Source of the DNA: Dimorphilus gyrociliatus
Lineage: Eukaryota; Animalia; Annelida
Length of the DNA: 64,000 nt
Direction: 5' to 3'
NCBI GenBank assembly: GCA_904063045.1
Contig: CAJFCJ010000009.1
Span: 2,170,968 to 2,234,967, forward strand
Program-made: the position numbers and the translations under genes
Notes under the pieces: model-generated
Databases searched by the model: none
What the model saw: the letters and a program-made list of their open reading frames with translations, nothing else
Told to the model about the DNA's origin: nothing
Shown: in pieces, positions 14,501 to 29,885 of the stretch
How positions within the stretch are numbered: the stretch's first letter is position 1
How the letters are laid out: every line of letters begins with the position of its first letter

Positions 14501-14966
14501 TATTTAAATATTTTCAATTAACCTTCTTGTATACTGTTCAAAACGTCTTTAACTTGAATACTGTTTATATGTAGTATGCAGGATGCAATCAAATTGGAAT
14601 CGATAGAATAAATTCGAATGCGGTAATCTTTTGAAAGGCAAACGAATTCTGCGATTTCTGGATTGTCTTTTATCCAAGAAAATCTAGAATATTGTAATTG
14701 ATAGTACTTTTATTTACAAGTTTTATTGGAAAGATCAAATGATGTTGTACAGACCGATAATATTTTCCTTCGATTTTTTGCAGCGTATTGTGTATATAAG
14801 CTAGAGAGTCATCTTTAAAGAGTACCAATAAAATTGCTTTATTTCTATTCAAACTAGCATACGAAATGTTGGATATATCTATATTATCTCTAAATTTGCG
14901 CAAGCGAACAACTTGAGCCATTTTTGTCACAAGGGATCTAGGACATTTTGGTTTCAGGCAAAGCAT
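5549..14966 (-). CDS. SPG11: Spatacsin, multi-exon
   Basis: The C-terminal exons read ELLIKAHDCHTISCNTEGICNVL...QLILGIRRYNEMYEALDVL, matching the spatacsin C-terminal motif. A roughly 9.4 kb chain of short-intron exons leads to it, with a WD40-like N-terminal region. The start could be 14966 or 14921. Not every internal junction was resolved. Confidence 0.88.
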
Positions 14967-15034
14967 AGATTTTTTTCATAGTCCTACATGTCATTGTCTC
15001 TAACCTGATTGGTCATTGGTGGAAAAAATTAATA

Positions 15035-15046
15035 GACCAATCAGCG
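15035..15046 (+). promoter_or_regulatory. CCAAT/NF-Y box in the divergent SPG11-SDR interval
   Basis: GACCAATCAGCG, with additional ATTGG motifs at about 15008-15019. The identical 12-mer occurs at 25008-25019, upstream of rough. Confidence 0.5.
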
Positions 15047-15654
15047 ATGAGAAGACAAAATGCAGAGAGGCGTTTTATTAAGCTAAATGAATATACTCTA
15101 CTTACAATTCTTGTATGTAATGTTTTGACGCTAAGACAAAATCGAAAGTAGTTCCTATCTATTCTTCTCCACACCTCAATAGGCCTATATAAGAGCATTT
15201 TTTTTTCAAGTTTTGAAAGTTTTCCAAGTTATAACTTTTAAATTACTTAATAAAAACTATTTTTTGTAATTAACTAATGATATAAATCAGTCAAAGTTCA
15301 TAAAATTAGATTTAGATCTAAACAACCCTGATTTAATTGTACAACAACATTTGACTAATTATAGAGATATGAAATGATCGTACAGGATATCTTTTGTGAT
15401 AAAATATGTTAAGGCTATCATTACAATATATATATAAATTTATATGTAATATCGACTATATTAACCATATGATGCGTGGAGGTAGCAGTCATGTAGTAAG
15501 AATAAAGAATTGTTTCAGATATATATCATATCACTTTCATTGTTAGGAAAACACCTGTGTTTTATTTTTTTTGGGAGGATTTTTAATGTAAATTTTTATA
15601 ACTCATTTGCAAACTTTCATTTGGTGGATTGAATTTAGTTCGCGTTCTGGAATA

Positions 15655-16878
15655 ATGACTTTTTTAACAATTGTATATGCTATTTTAATAATAGTTGTCG
15701 CTGTTTTTCTATTACGATGCTTAGAAATATTTCTTAGATCTTTTCGAATTAAGAATATTGATAAGAAGCATGTTCTTATTACAGGATGTGATTCCGGTTC
15801 TAAATACTTAATTTTACACTTTTAAGAACTTTTGATTTATTTCATTTACTTTTCCTCAATAGGTTTTGGATATTTATTAGCCAAGAAACTAGATAAGCAG
15901 GGAGTTCATGTTGTTGCTACTTGTCTTACCGAAAAAGGTACGACAAAGCTTGAGGATGAATGTTCGAGTCGATTGAAAGCTGTTACGTTAGATATTACTG
16001 ATGAAGAAGCCGTATCTGACTTGGCAGAATTCTTAAATTATGATTTAGGTGAGATTGGACTTCATGGTCTAGTTAATAATGCAGGAATTGGAGAACCTAG
16101 TGAGGGAGCGGACTGCCGTCATTTGATGGCTAAAGATCTCAGAGAACTATACGAAGTTAATACTTTTGCAATTGTTACAATGGTTAATAAGTTTTTGACT
16201 CTATTGGAGAAAGGAAAAGGTCGAATAGTAAACATGACTTCAATTAATGGGCGAATAATTGATCCTACTCTTACCAATATTCCTTATACAACGAGTAAAG
16301 CCGCTTCCGAAGCTATATCCGATAGTTATAGGTATAATTCTAGATATAAGATATCTCATTAATTTACTCGGAATTTTAAAACCCAAAAACAGAATTTTAT
16401 TCAAGGCGTATGGTATTCCAGTGAGCGTTCATATTATTGAGCCTGGATTTATTAAAACAGATATTCTAAATCCTGATAGAATGAGGTCTAGCTTCGAGAG
16501 AGGTAAGTATAGATGGACAAAAAGCGAACTAGAGAAAGAGAATGAGGTTTTTGAGGAATGTGAGTGCTAAAATTTGCTATGTGATAAAGGGAATACTTTA
16601 ATTCTTTATTCTATGTTTACATAGTTGGAAAGATATTAACTGTAGTTGATAAATTTGCATCTAAAAGGCCTGGATTAGTTGTAAGAGCTTATGAACATGC
16701 GCTCTTCTCAAAATGGCCAAAGAAGCGTTATAGCGTCGAAGTTGGATTGGATTTGATCGTATCATATCTTCCTTCAATAATTCAAGATGCTTTTGTCATA
16801 CTTCAATTCTATCTAGTTGTAGATGCAGCATCAAAAATTAAACAATCGGCTTTTGATCTTAAAAATAAAGAAGAATAA
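15655..16878 (+). CDS. Short-chain dehydrogenase/reductase of the retinol/17-beta-HSD (SDR9C-like) type, 4 exons
   Basis: N-terminal membrane anchor, spliced TGCDSGFG (TGxxxGxG), LVNNAG, catalytic YTTSK and IIEPG motifs. Splice phases are consistent through to TAA at 16876-16878. Confidence 0.9.
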
Positions 16879-17378
16879 GAAGATAAATTTTAAAATTAAC
16901 AATCAAAATGCGAGTGATGAATTAAGATAAAATAACTAAATAACTTGTAACTTTTTGAATAATGATTTTAAATTGAATAATAAATTGTTAAAGAGAAAGA
17001 ATACTACACAATCAATATCTTACATGTGGTGTATTTTTATGTATACATATGATATATAAAAATATATATATATCTAAGAGTTTTTATAAAACTAAATTTA
17101 GCCTATAAACCTTTAAAAAACAAAAAAATAATATTTGATATTGAATATTAATAGAAAAATAATAATTAATAGTGTTTGCATTGTTTATGTTTATGCTTTT
17201 GGATGGAAGAGCGTTATGTTAAGTATAGGAAGTAGTAACATTTAAAAAAACAGTATATAAATAACTATTAGTTGTTTAAACTAATCAAACCAAACCCCAT
17301 CTAGATAAGTCTGTTATCCTTACACCATTTATTTTGTTTTTTAACTTATCATTCTCTTCAAAAGGCGAATTTTTCAAA

Positions 17379-19782
<2,404 letters not shown>

Positions 19783-20765
19783 CTTTAACAATAATTTTGT
19801 TCAATCATTGAATGATGAATGATCTAAATATATACCGCAAATATAATAACTTATCTCTTCAACTGTTTAAAATACATTCTTCAAAAATTGATAAAAACTT
19901 TGTTTTTACTGATATTACAAAACTTTCATTTTTTTAAATAATATAATATATTCAATCATTTCCAATTCTTTAGTTTTGAATTAACGTGTTAAAAATATCA
20001 TTAACACTGTAAAAAATAATTAAAAAATTAGAATAGAGAGGATGCGATCAACTCTTTTCAGTATAATATCAAAATAATTATTTTTATATGAGGGTGGCTG
20101 CCGAGTGCCTCTCTGTTGATATAAGTTTTAAAGTTTTAATAATATAAATTAGCTATTAAAGCCTTCTTTTAGAGATAATTTAGTAACAATTTATATTTTT
20201 TTTACAAATTTACATAAGTATAGGCTTAAAATTCTAAATATGCAGGATTTATGGAGGCTATGTCAAAAAAATAATATATATATATACATTCATTAAAATA
20301 GGGGAGGTACAATGACGCTATGACTTGCATAAATGATTAATTAAGCCTGTACAGATGTCTTAAAACTTATCGAACAAATATAAATATACCTACCTACAGG
20401 ACAGGATAAATATAGAAAATAAATAAATATACAATATGTAGTATAGGCTTAACTCTTGTAGAGTAGGGAAAGAAAACAAAAATAAATCAATAATCACTGT
20501 TAAATACAAATTTGGTATGAATTTTTCATTGTCTAGTCTAGAAACCAAAGTTTACAATACCTATTTGATTTTTTTTTTAGCATTATTAATAATTTATTGC
20601 CTACTTAATTTGTTTTCTACTCGTCCCTATAATTCATCAGTTAAAATATGAAATTATACAGCTATGGCTTCGGTGAACGTATAAAGGAATGTATGAAATT
20701 TATGTATATATCTTCTATGGATGTGTTTACGAATAACTATTTCTAAAATTATATCTCTTCTAAGA

Positions 20766-23700
20766 ATGGATTATAACACGATACATTTTAACGAATTCAG
20801 TGGTATGTTCTTTATATTTATAATTTTATGAAATGTTATTGTTATTGTATTTTAATCCTTCACCTCTAGAATATGTTCCATTTTGTATTAGTATTTTCGA
20901 TAAGGAATTTGCACAAGCTCTCTCAACGAATGAATCTTTTGATCACATATACTCTCAATTTCCTCGTATTAAAAATTCAATGAAGAGAGAAGATCTTTAT
21001 CAGGAGAATGTTCAATTAGGAAGAGAAATGTGTCTTACTAATTGCAGAATGTTCTTATTGGAAGCCCTTCGTTTTTATTCGTTAGATGAATTCTTAGAAA
21101 TTTTTAAATTAAATGGGACAATGAAGCAGAGAGAGATCGCTCAAAAATCCTATATTTTAAATATTAACCTTTGTAAGTAGACATAATCGCTAATGATTCT
21201 AACGTAAATGATTATACGCCATCTAGTGGCAACAACAAATGAGAGATGCATAAAACACATTTAATCTTATATTTTTTCTATTTTCTCTTTCCTTAAATAA
21301 AAAAGGTAGAAAATTTTCGCCGTTGAAAGACGAATCAATTAATATATGGGGTAATTACTATTGGACAAAGCTAACTTCACAATTAAAGGAACTCTATTCA
21401 AGCACGCACTTCCAAGAAAAGAACATTCTTAAAAAAGAACATTTTTATAATAAAGTTAAATGGCTAATTGGTAATCAAACAGGTTTTTTACCGAAAAAGA
21501 CGCTATTAAAAGATTTTCCTAATTACGTTATCGATAATGATAAATTAATAGCCGATTATAACAATACTCAAGATAATCAAATAATTGAGACTATCTTGAA
21601 AATTAATTGGAGGAAATTGGTAATAAAAGGTGCAAAAGGAATAGGAAAATCTCTTATTCTGAAGAAAATTGCAGCAAGTTGGGCAAGGAAAACGGAAGTT
21701 ACTTCAAAATTAGTTCTTTTTATACCGCAGGCCTACAGAGTTCATGATTTTCAATCTCTTGTTAAAATTATATGCAGCGAACTATTGATTGACCTTGATC
21801 GTGAACTGTATTTTCATGTTGAAAAATTATTGGAGAATTTACCTGAGAACATAATACTGCTGTTGGATGACTCATTCTCAGCTGATAATCGACGAGATTC
21901 TTCTCACTGCTATCCTTATTTATCTAATTTTGTTGTTATTGCCACTAGCTCTATTAACCAATTAGAGGCGGACAAAGTACAAGATTTTAAAGTAGTAGAA
22001 ATTGAAGAGGAATTTCTAGAGCAGAGCTTTAAAAAAGTTATAAATAGAGAATATTCGATAGACGCCGATAATCTAATTAAAGAATTAACGTTCTTCGGCC
22101 TCAATTTCTTCTTATTATTTCCAAAATATTGGTTTATTATCGTAAAATTATGGCAGAAGAGATTACCAGTTAATAATTTCTTTTTAAGCCTACTAAAAAG
22201 TTGTTTTGGCATCAAGGCAAAAGTTCTTACTGATTTATTGTTAGTATCATTCAATTATATAATTAATTTGGAAAATAAGGAGAACAACGGCTACCAATCG
22301 AAATATTCTGCTATCAACTGTATATTAACAACTAACGAAGAAGGTAATCAGCAATTTAAAAGTAATAAGATAAGAAATTTATTAATTGCCGAACACTTAA
22401 TAAGAAATGAAACAGATTTACAATTATTCATTAAAAATCATGAGTTAATACGAAGCGAAGACGACACACTAATCTTTGACGTGATCTTTTATATTCTTTT
22501 GACAGTAAAGAACGCTCCTAAGGGTTTAGATGAATTAATAACCATTGAACCGTTCGAAAATCAATTAGTGATAATTATGCATACTGTTGAAAATTTTGAT
22601 AGGAAATTTGAATTATTTAACTGTCGAGAAATGGTAATAAACTTGGAAAAGTATTCGACATATTACCTTGACAGACTTATTAGAAATATTAAATTTTTCA
22701 TTTCCAAATTAAATAGAAAAGATAATTTCAAGTTGACTTTTAAATCTGATAAGGATTTAAATGGTTTTTGGAATAAAAGACTTGTTGAGTTTGTTAATGG
22801 GATATTAACTAACTTTACATCTAATAATATAAAATTAAGGGAACTATGCTTTAAAATTGGTCACGTTCCTAATGAAGAAAAGATTTTACAGAATATCAAC
22901 AATTATAAAGAAAAAGAACACAATGATTTAGCTGTAATACTCTGGAATTTGAATGAAGACTTTTATCATTCAATCAATCAGTACTTAATTTCGAACCATA
23001 ACGTTTATCTACTATGTTTAATCAAATGTAATGAATATTCTAATATTTTGGGAAATATTAGACAGAATAGGCTACAATTTATTGTTATTTATAATAGTAA
23101 TAACATTGTTCCAATTCTTCCCTTAAAGGAGAGAATCAAATTGAATTCATTAATTATTGAAAGTATACATTCGAATATAAAGAGTATTGATGTACAGAAT
23201 TCAACAAATGTTTCGTCCCGTAATTTCGAGAATAATTACAAGAGAGCTATAGAAATTTGCTCTAATTTGAACTTTGTTGATAGTTTAACCAAATTTTCTA
23301 TATCTTTTAGAAATATTGCAACAGCTATACCTGCAGTTGTTAAATCATTAAATAATAAAGAAATTACCGAATTGTACTTGGAAGATTGCGGTATTAATCT
23401 CTACTTATTAATCGATTTAAAAAGGTATCTGGTAGATTTAAAGACTTTAAAATATTTAAATGTTTGCCGTAATAATTTGGATGGAATTGTATCGAACAAT
23501 CTCAACTCTGAAATACAATGTTTACAGTTACAAAGATTAAATATGGATATGTGCGGTATATCAGACGATAGTATTTATTATTTAAATAATTATTTCTTCA
23601 GAAATAGCAATATAAAAAGGCTACAATTATCTTATAATTTTATATCTAAAAGTCTTAAAAGTCTATTACAATCAATTAATTTGGTAAACGAATTAACTAT

Positions 23701-24004
23701 TCGAAGCAACGATATAACAAAAGGAGATTTATTGTGTGCTGTAAAACTCTTTCAAAGTATGGAAGAATTAAAGAAAATTGATCTTAGCGAAAACGATATA
23801 GAAGAATCAGCTGCCAATCTATTTGAAAATCTCGGAGGAAAAGTTGAAGAAGTTCATCTCGAATTTTGCGGTATTAATGAATTAACGGCAAAATATATTT
23901 CTCATCAGTTAAAACAACGTAATAATAATTTAAAGGTAATTAATTTGAATAGAAACTTTTGTATAAGTAAAAATTACGAATGTTTAATTGCAAATTATAA
24001 ATGA
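20766..24004 (+). CDS. NACHT-LRR (NLR-like) protein with a possible N-terminal death-fold domain
   Basis: Walker A GAKGIGKS preceded by LVIK, Walker B-like IILLLDD, and RNI-like LRRs (LTELYLEDCGI, LKYLNVCRNNL, LKKIDLSENDI) in one 2.7 kb exon. Two short upstream exons start at ATG 20766. Confidence 0.85.
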
Positions 24005-24280
24005 AAAGTAATTAAATAAATATGAATATTAATTAATAAAGCGTTATTTATATTATTTTAATGAATTGAATCATAATATACACATCATCATAATAATAAG
24101 ATAATGCCGAAGTCATATAGCAACAAGTAGATAATTACATACGTGACTTTTTTATTCGTTCATACAATGGTGAAGGAGCTTCTACAATTAGGCTGTAAAA
24201 GCATTACCCTTTTGAGATTAAATTGCATTACAATTAACCTAGTTTCCTAAAAGAACGTGACCCCATTATGTTATTTCTTA

Positions 24281-25019
24281 CCACCTGTTACACTCCCAAC
24301 TTCACGTAGGTTACACTTTCGTTTGTTAATTAGCATACGAAAAGCAGTCGAATTAATGAAGCAGTTGTAATTACCGGACTCCGGATCCAGACACATAAAA
24401 ATATCTACCAGTGATTTCCATCAAAATTTCAAGGCATAATGCCTTTAGAAACAGAAATATATCCATCACACAATATTTTATAATAAATATCCCTCTATTT
24501 GGATCTGAAGGATTCTCCTTCTATTCTTTCAATTACAATACAAAGGCGTCTAAGTTTCTATTCGTTAAACTAACCATCTAATTCCCTTTGGTTTTAAATT
24601 AGCCCAATAGTGATAACGAAGTAGGTAATTGGGTAGTTGTTATTAAACTTAATTCGTTCTAACTCGAAACTTGGACGACAAATGCACCTGCTATTCGGAA
24701 AAAAGGAAATTGCAACGTTTCTTGCGCAGTTTGGTTAATAGCAATTTATAAAAACATCTGCCTAAAGAGTTTCGAATGAATATAAGAGAAAAAGTAAGAA
24801 AAAGAAGGGTATAATCAGAAACACAACCGACTTTGATCTTTCAATCATAATGATAACAATAACGATGAGTAATTATCGCGTCTTTGATTCGAATAATATA
24901 ATCGTAGGTGGTCGGAAACGTGCGATCCGAACAGGTGATGTGTTCATGCGTTCTCGCACACTTGATTGAACATAATAAAATCTTTAGGAAACAAAGAATT
25001 TAGCGCTGACCAATCAGCG
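24281..25019. promoter_or_regulatory. Candidate rough upstream enhancer/promoter: three CAGGTG E-boxes and a CCAAT box
   Basis: CACCTG at 24282 and 24685, CAGGTG at 24932, GACCAATCAGCG at 25008. I found no consistent coding frame in the interval. Confidence 0.4.
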
Positions 25020-25097
25020 TCTAGTATGTAAATGAGGCTCCCGTTTATTAGTCTATATAAGAAGGAGTTTACAAATTATCCGGCGAATTATATCGCA

Positions 25098-25561
25098 ATG
25101 GACGTGGGAAGTAAATTACCTGGTAAATCGGCTTTTTGTTCAATTTCGATGCTTATATCACCAACTCCAAGTGAAAATCGGTCTACTATATCTCAAACAA
25201 GTTTTCTCGGAATCGCTCAAAAGCATATAGCAGCTCTAGAGGAACAAAGTTTGAATAAGGAACTTTACTTCAATAACATGAAGGATTTTCAAGGAAATAG
25301 CTATCCAGAATTCTTGAGAAGCAATAACGAAATGTTTTCAATGGGTTAGTAAAAAGAGGAATGATAAACAAATATTGTTATTTTATTTAGGGTAAAGAGT
25401 GTAACAAAAAAAAAGGGGATCAACAGAAAAAATGGCTTTTCTTATATTTTAATCATACATCTGCAAATGCTTTTAGATTGACAAGGACGGAAACTGTCAA
25501 CTTTAATAAGTTTTTTTTAAACTTCCGTTTAAAGAACCTATTATAAAATAATAAATGATAT

Positions 25562-25593
<32 letters not shown>

Positions 25594-26688
25594 CTGTATA
25601 TATATGTAGCTGTCATAGGATAAAATGTCTCATTTTCACCAATAATTTCTACTAGCAATTAAAAATGAATTCTTTTCTCTTTAAGCTAATTTAAATATTA
25701 TAATTAATGATTTCTTATTTATTGAATTTCTTGAATAATCAGGAAATAATTCTTGTTACTAAAAAATTAAGGGAAAGCGATATTTGCATGTCTAAATTAG
25801 ATTTTAATTAAATTAAGTAATTTATTCGCTCTCTATTTATGGCTTTGGACTTTTTTTTTCCTTTCTAAAGATGCTATTCTCTTAAATGGATCATTATGCA
25901 AATTATATTAATGTAGTATTAAAAAGGACATTCTTAGTACAATATTAATAAAGATTCATTTCATTAGAGAAACCTGAACTTTTTTTTTCTAGGTATATTA
26001 ATTCTCTTAAGAGCTTAATTAAATAATGAAAGTGTAAAGATTGCGATATGCTTAAAAGATCCTAATATAAAAATCTCTTATGTAAGTGTCTTTTGATATA
26101 ATGTACAATTCTTTTCTATAAACACAGTGCCCGCTAAGAGACGCCGACGAGAAACACACTCAAGACGACAAAGAACAACGTTCACATCGCAACAGACACT
26201 CAAATTAGAGCTCGAATACCAAAGGACCGGTAAGTATCATTTCTTAATTATTATTCAATAAATAATTAAAATAATCTTTCCTTTCCGTTTTCTTTCCCTT
26301 TTTCTCGCTTTCTTCTATTATTTTTCTATTATTAGCATTTTTCATAATAGAATATATTACAAGGCCAAGAAGATTTGAACTCGCCGAGCTTTTACATTTA
26401 AGTGAGACCCAAATAAAAATATGGTTTCAAAATAGGAGGGCCAAGGACAAACGAATCGAAAAGGCTCAAGTTGACCAACATATCAGGTAGATGATAACTT
26501 GAATTTATACATATGTATATATCTTTTTTTCACATTGCAGAGCTATCAATTTGTCAAGTTGCTTACAATCTGCAAATAATCTTCAATCTCTTTACAATCC
26601 GGCCGTTTCGACTTCGTTTCCTTATTTTTCAGGTGTTACTATGCCAGAAATAAGTAATGTTTCAAGGAAACCTACATACATATATTAA
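25098..26688 (+). CDS. ro: Rough-family homeobox transcription factor, 210 aa, 4 exons
   Basis: Exons 25098-25344, 26128-26229, 26351-26486 and 26541-26688 total 633 nt in frame. The homeodomain [66 protein letters not shown] carries the Rough-diagnostic tail. An eh1-like FCSISMLI lies near the N-terminus. Confidence 0.92.
25565..25592. repeat. (AT)n microsatellite in rough intron 1
   Basis: Direct reading of the sequence. Confidence 0.9.
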
Positions 26689-27361
26689 ATATCAATGTTA
26701 ATATTTAAAAAGACAAACGAATAACATATGTACAGCATATTTTCAAAAAAAACATGTATAAGTATGTTAAAGGGCAATGAACTTTCTTTTTTTTTAGTTT
26801 TACTAACCTATATAGACCTAATAATCTTAATTATATCAATATTCATCTAATATCCTCAAATGTCTATCTAGTTAATGTTGTAATTAAAATTTCTAATAAT
26901 TAATGAGACGCTTTGAATTTCTTTTCTTAACATATAAGTATATTATTAATGACTAATAAATATACCTATTAATTCTTCTATTTATTAATCATCAATTACC
27001 AAATAACTTTAAAACTAATTATAAAGATAATTCAAAAATATTTATTAAGACTTCCGTAAGTTGTGATGACCTTTATTTACTTTCAAGGTTATGATAATAT
27101 AACTATAAAAATTATTATAATAATTTCTAGTCAATTTTATTATCATTTTTGTTTCTTTACAGCAAAAGATTAATTTAAGAATCAAGGTTGAGTAATATGA
27201 GTTTAATATGAAGATTTCTAATCTACCATATTCCCCTTTACTACCTCCAATTTCTATTACCTTACATTTCATCCTTTAGCTAATTATATAAATTAATTTC
27301 TTCTTCTTGGATAGAAGAAACATTCCATGTTCCTTTTGAATTAAAATATTAAATATCAGTA

Positions 27362-28116
27362 TTATAAATATCTCTGTTTTAAGATAATATTATAATCCCA
27401 TGTTGGGATAAACTTCGGTACAACATTCATATTCCGAAACTATTCGAATTGCGTTTTGTTTTACAATCTCAAAGTTTGAATTATCATATTGTTGCAATTC
27501 GAGACGCTTAGAATAATCTTGGAACGTAATACTCATATCTTTTCCTGTGTGAATCCAGGAACCAAATATTATTGGGCACGTATGGGTACCATTGAAATTA
27601 TCTTTACAATGAATCCTGTTTTTTAACATATAATATGTTTGTAATAAAATGTTAAAAATTGAATATAATCAACATTTACGATTAAATACTTTTTATAATA
27701 TGTCTGCCAGCGGTTCGATTATATGATTTTCCTTATCCGACCTTATCCTTCCAAATATTATTAATATTAATCGCACTTTGTCAATGATTCTCCGAGGACC
27801 AAGAGAGTCTTGGATCGGTCCAGTTCTAAATATTAGTTTATACAAATGATTAAAGTCTCTCATAAAATGAATATCATTCATTTTTCGATAGGACATTCAC
27901 AAGACTAAGTATAAATATAAGAGGATTAGGCCAACTTTTGGATGAGTCTTCTTTAAAATTGATTCCATTACATCTTCCCTTGAGTTTCTATATGAAAATA
28001 TTTCTTATAATAAATTTATCATAAGGATTGCGTAAGGATATGCAGGAAAATTTTAGATTTTGCTAAAACAGCACTATAGACGAGAAGGACAGCGAAGAAG
28101 ACCAAAGTGTTCTTAT
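27362..28116 (-). pseudogene. Decayed paralog of the AChBP-like gene
   Basis: Recognisable pieces: signal KNTLVFFAVLLVYSAVLA without an ATG, SREDVMESILKK, NWTDPRLSWSSENH*QSAININNIW, and HCKDNFNGTHTCPIIFGSWIH...EYECCTEVYPNM. In-frame TGA at 27781-27783 and 27860-27862, plus several frameshifts. Confidence 0.8.
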
Positions 28117-29885
28117 AGTGGCCTTATACTCATATAAATTTAATATATATGTATATATTAGTATATATGCAGTATATACAATATTTATATTGTTTCCTTA
28201 ATTAACGTTTTACTGTTGATTTGTACAATTAATTAACTTTTCAGCAGTAGTTGGCAAGTACAATATTGAGGCTAATCCCTCTCATTAAAGACCCACAAAG
28301 TAACAACTAAACACAGTAAATATTATTAATGATTTCATTTTGAAGTCTATAGAACTTTAATGGTTTGTTTTGTTTGTCTTTAATAATTGCTCCTAAAAGA
28401 AGGAAAAGTTTCTCTTATGAAGTATTATATCATATTGAAATTACGTTATCATTTTAGCACAATAATGTACAATTGTAGTTCAGTTCGGCTGTTTCCTTTT
28501 CCTTTTCTTTCTCTTTTTGGTGTTAAGGTTACGGAAATGAGAAACGTTTCTAGGAAACCTCGCTTATAGTTATGTTAAATTAATATTTAATGTGCACAGA
28601 GGAAGCCGTAAGAAAACCCAACTATTTAAAGAATTTTCTTAATTAACCTTAAAAGAACCGAAAATAATACTCTCTATTATATAATCTCATTATATAAGTA
28701 CTTTCATAAAGTTTATATATACAGCATACATGTCTAAGTAAATCTTAATGTAAAGTTGTTATCAAGGACACGAGCTCTAGTTATATACATTAAATATCTG
28801 TATTTAAACTCCTTTTCAAGTTGAGGTTCTACTTTTTTCCCTTTTCTTTACACTACTAAATCAAAAATTCCTGGAATATGAATTTATTATAATTCATTCA
28901 TAACCTTGATCTAATGGCAAACAAGAAGAAAAAGGAATACATGTCCAATTTTTAATATTCAATTTACTGTATATATGCAGTTAATATAATAATGAGGATA
29001 TTAGCAATTTTGTTAATATATCCCTATCTTTAAAGCTATTTTTAGAAATGACAGTCTATTAAGATAATTAATCATATTTAAATAATTGTTCAATCTGGTA
29101 CTATCATTCAAAAACAGATCAATTCTTTATCTTTAGAAAATTGAATAGTTTAACTTGTGTTTGCGAATTAATTGATTTATATTAACTATACAAGTGTAAA
29201 TTTAATATATAATGAATTATTTATATTTCAAAGATTCATTACTTTCAAACATTTTAATTGAAATCTATTTTCGATATGTAAAGTTCCAATCTTATTAAAA
29301 AGTCTATATTTTTTTTTAACTATTAATGCTATTAATGATAAAAGTTACTGTATATTTGTCATGTTTATCCTTTTTAATGGATTAGTTTTAAAATGATCAT
29401 GAAGAGAGGCTGAAGCTGAATAAATAGAATCTTTCAATAGTCAATCAAAAACTTTTTATTAATATTCTAAGAATTCTTGTTTAAAGTTAATAAAAGTTTG
29501 TTTCATATTGACCAAGGTTATTGTGAAACGAATATAGTATAGAAGATAGTTTTTACATTATTTTAAAAGAGACCTGAAAGAGAAAGAATGAAAGAGGAGA
29601 TATGGAATGGAATCAAGATTAGGAAAATAATAATTCTGATAACGATAAGAATAGTTTGAAATTCTTTTACTACAATACCAAGACATAGACAATTATTTCA
29701 TTCTATTTGACCGCTATTTTTGTGATTATCTAATTACAATAATGGATTTATGTAAGCCTATTTCCTACATCAAAACAACTTTTGACTTGTAACGCCTCAA
29801 TTGACAAAATACTCTTTCGGATGCCATAATATTATTTTATTCTGATATTAATATAATCAATATTAATAATAACAAACTCGATAGT

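Noticed and set aside
21916-22254. Antisense ORFs (also 13035, 17808, 36177, 40673, 49692, 50147, 50430 and others)
   Set aside because: They are shadows of real coding exons on the opposite strand, with no independent motif or splice support.
24100-24900. Possible coding exons between the NLR and rough
   Set aside because: Every candidate exon I tried on both strands hits stops quickly. The interval is better explained as regulatory DNA.
27045-27272. 75-aa ORF downstream of the AChBP pseudogene
   Set aside because: It has no M1-like features or recognisable motif and looks like low-complexity AT-rich sequence.
29560-29700. Hydrophobic minus-strand frame (FQTILIVIRIIIFLILIPF) as a membrane exon for the AChBP-like gene
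   Set aside because: I found no phase-compatible acceptor for the candidate AAA|gtaact donor, and no M1-M4 motifs. The hydrophobicity follows from the purine-rich plus strand.
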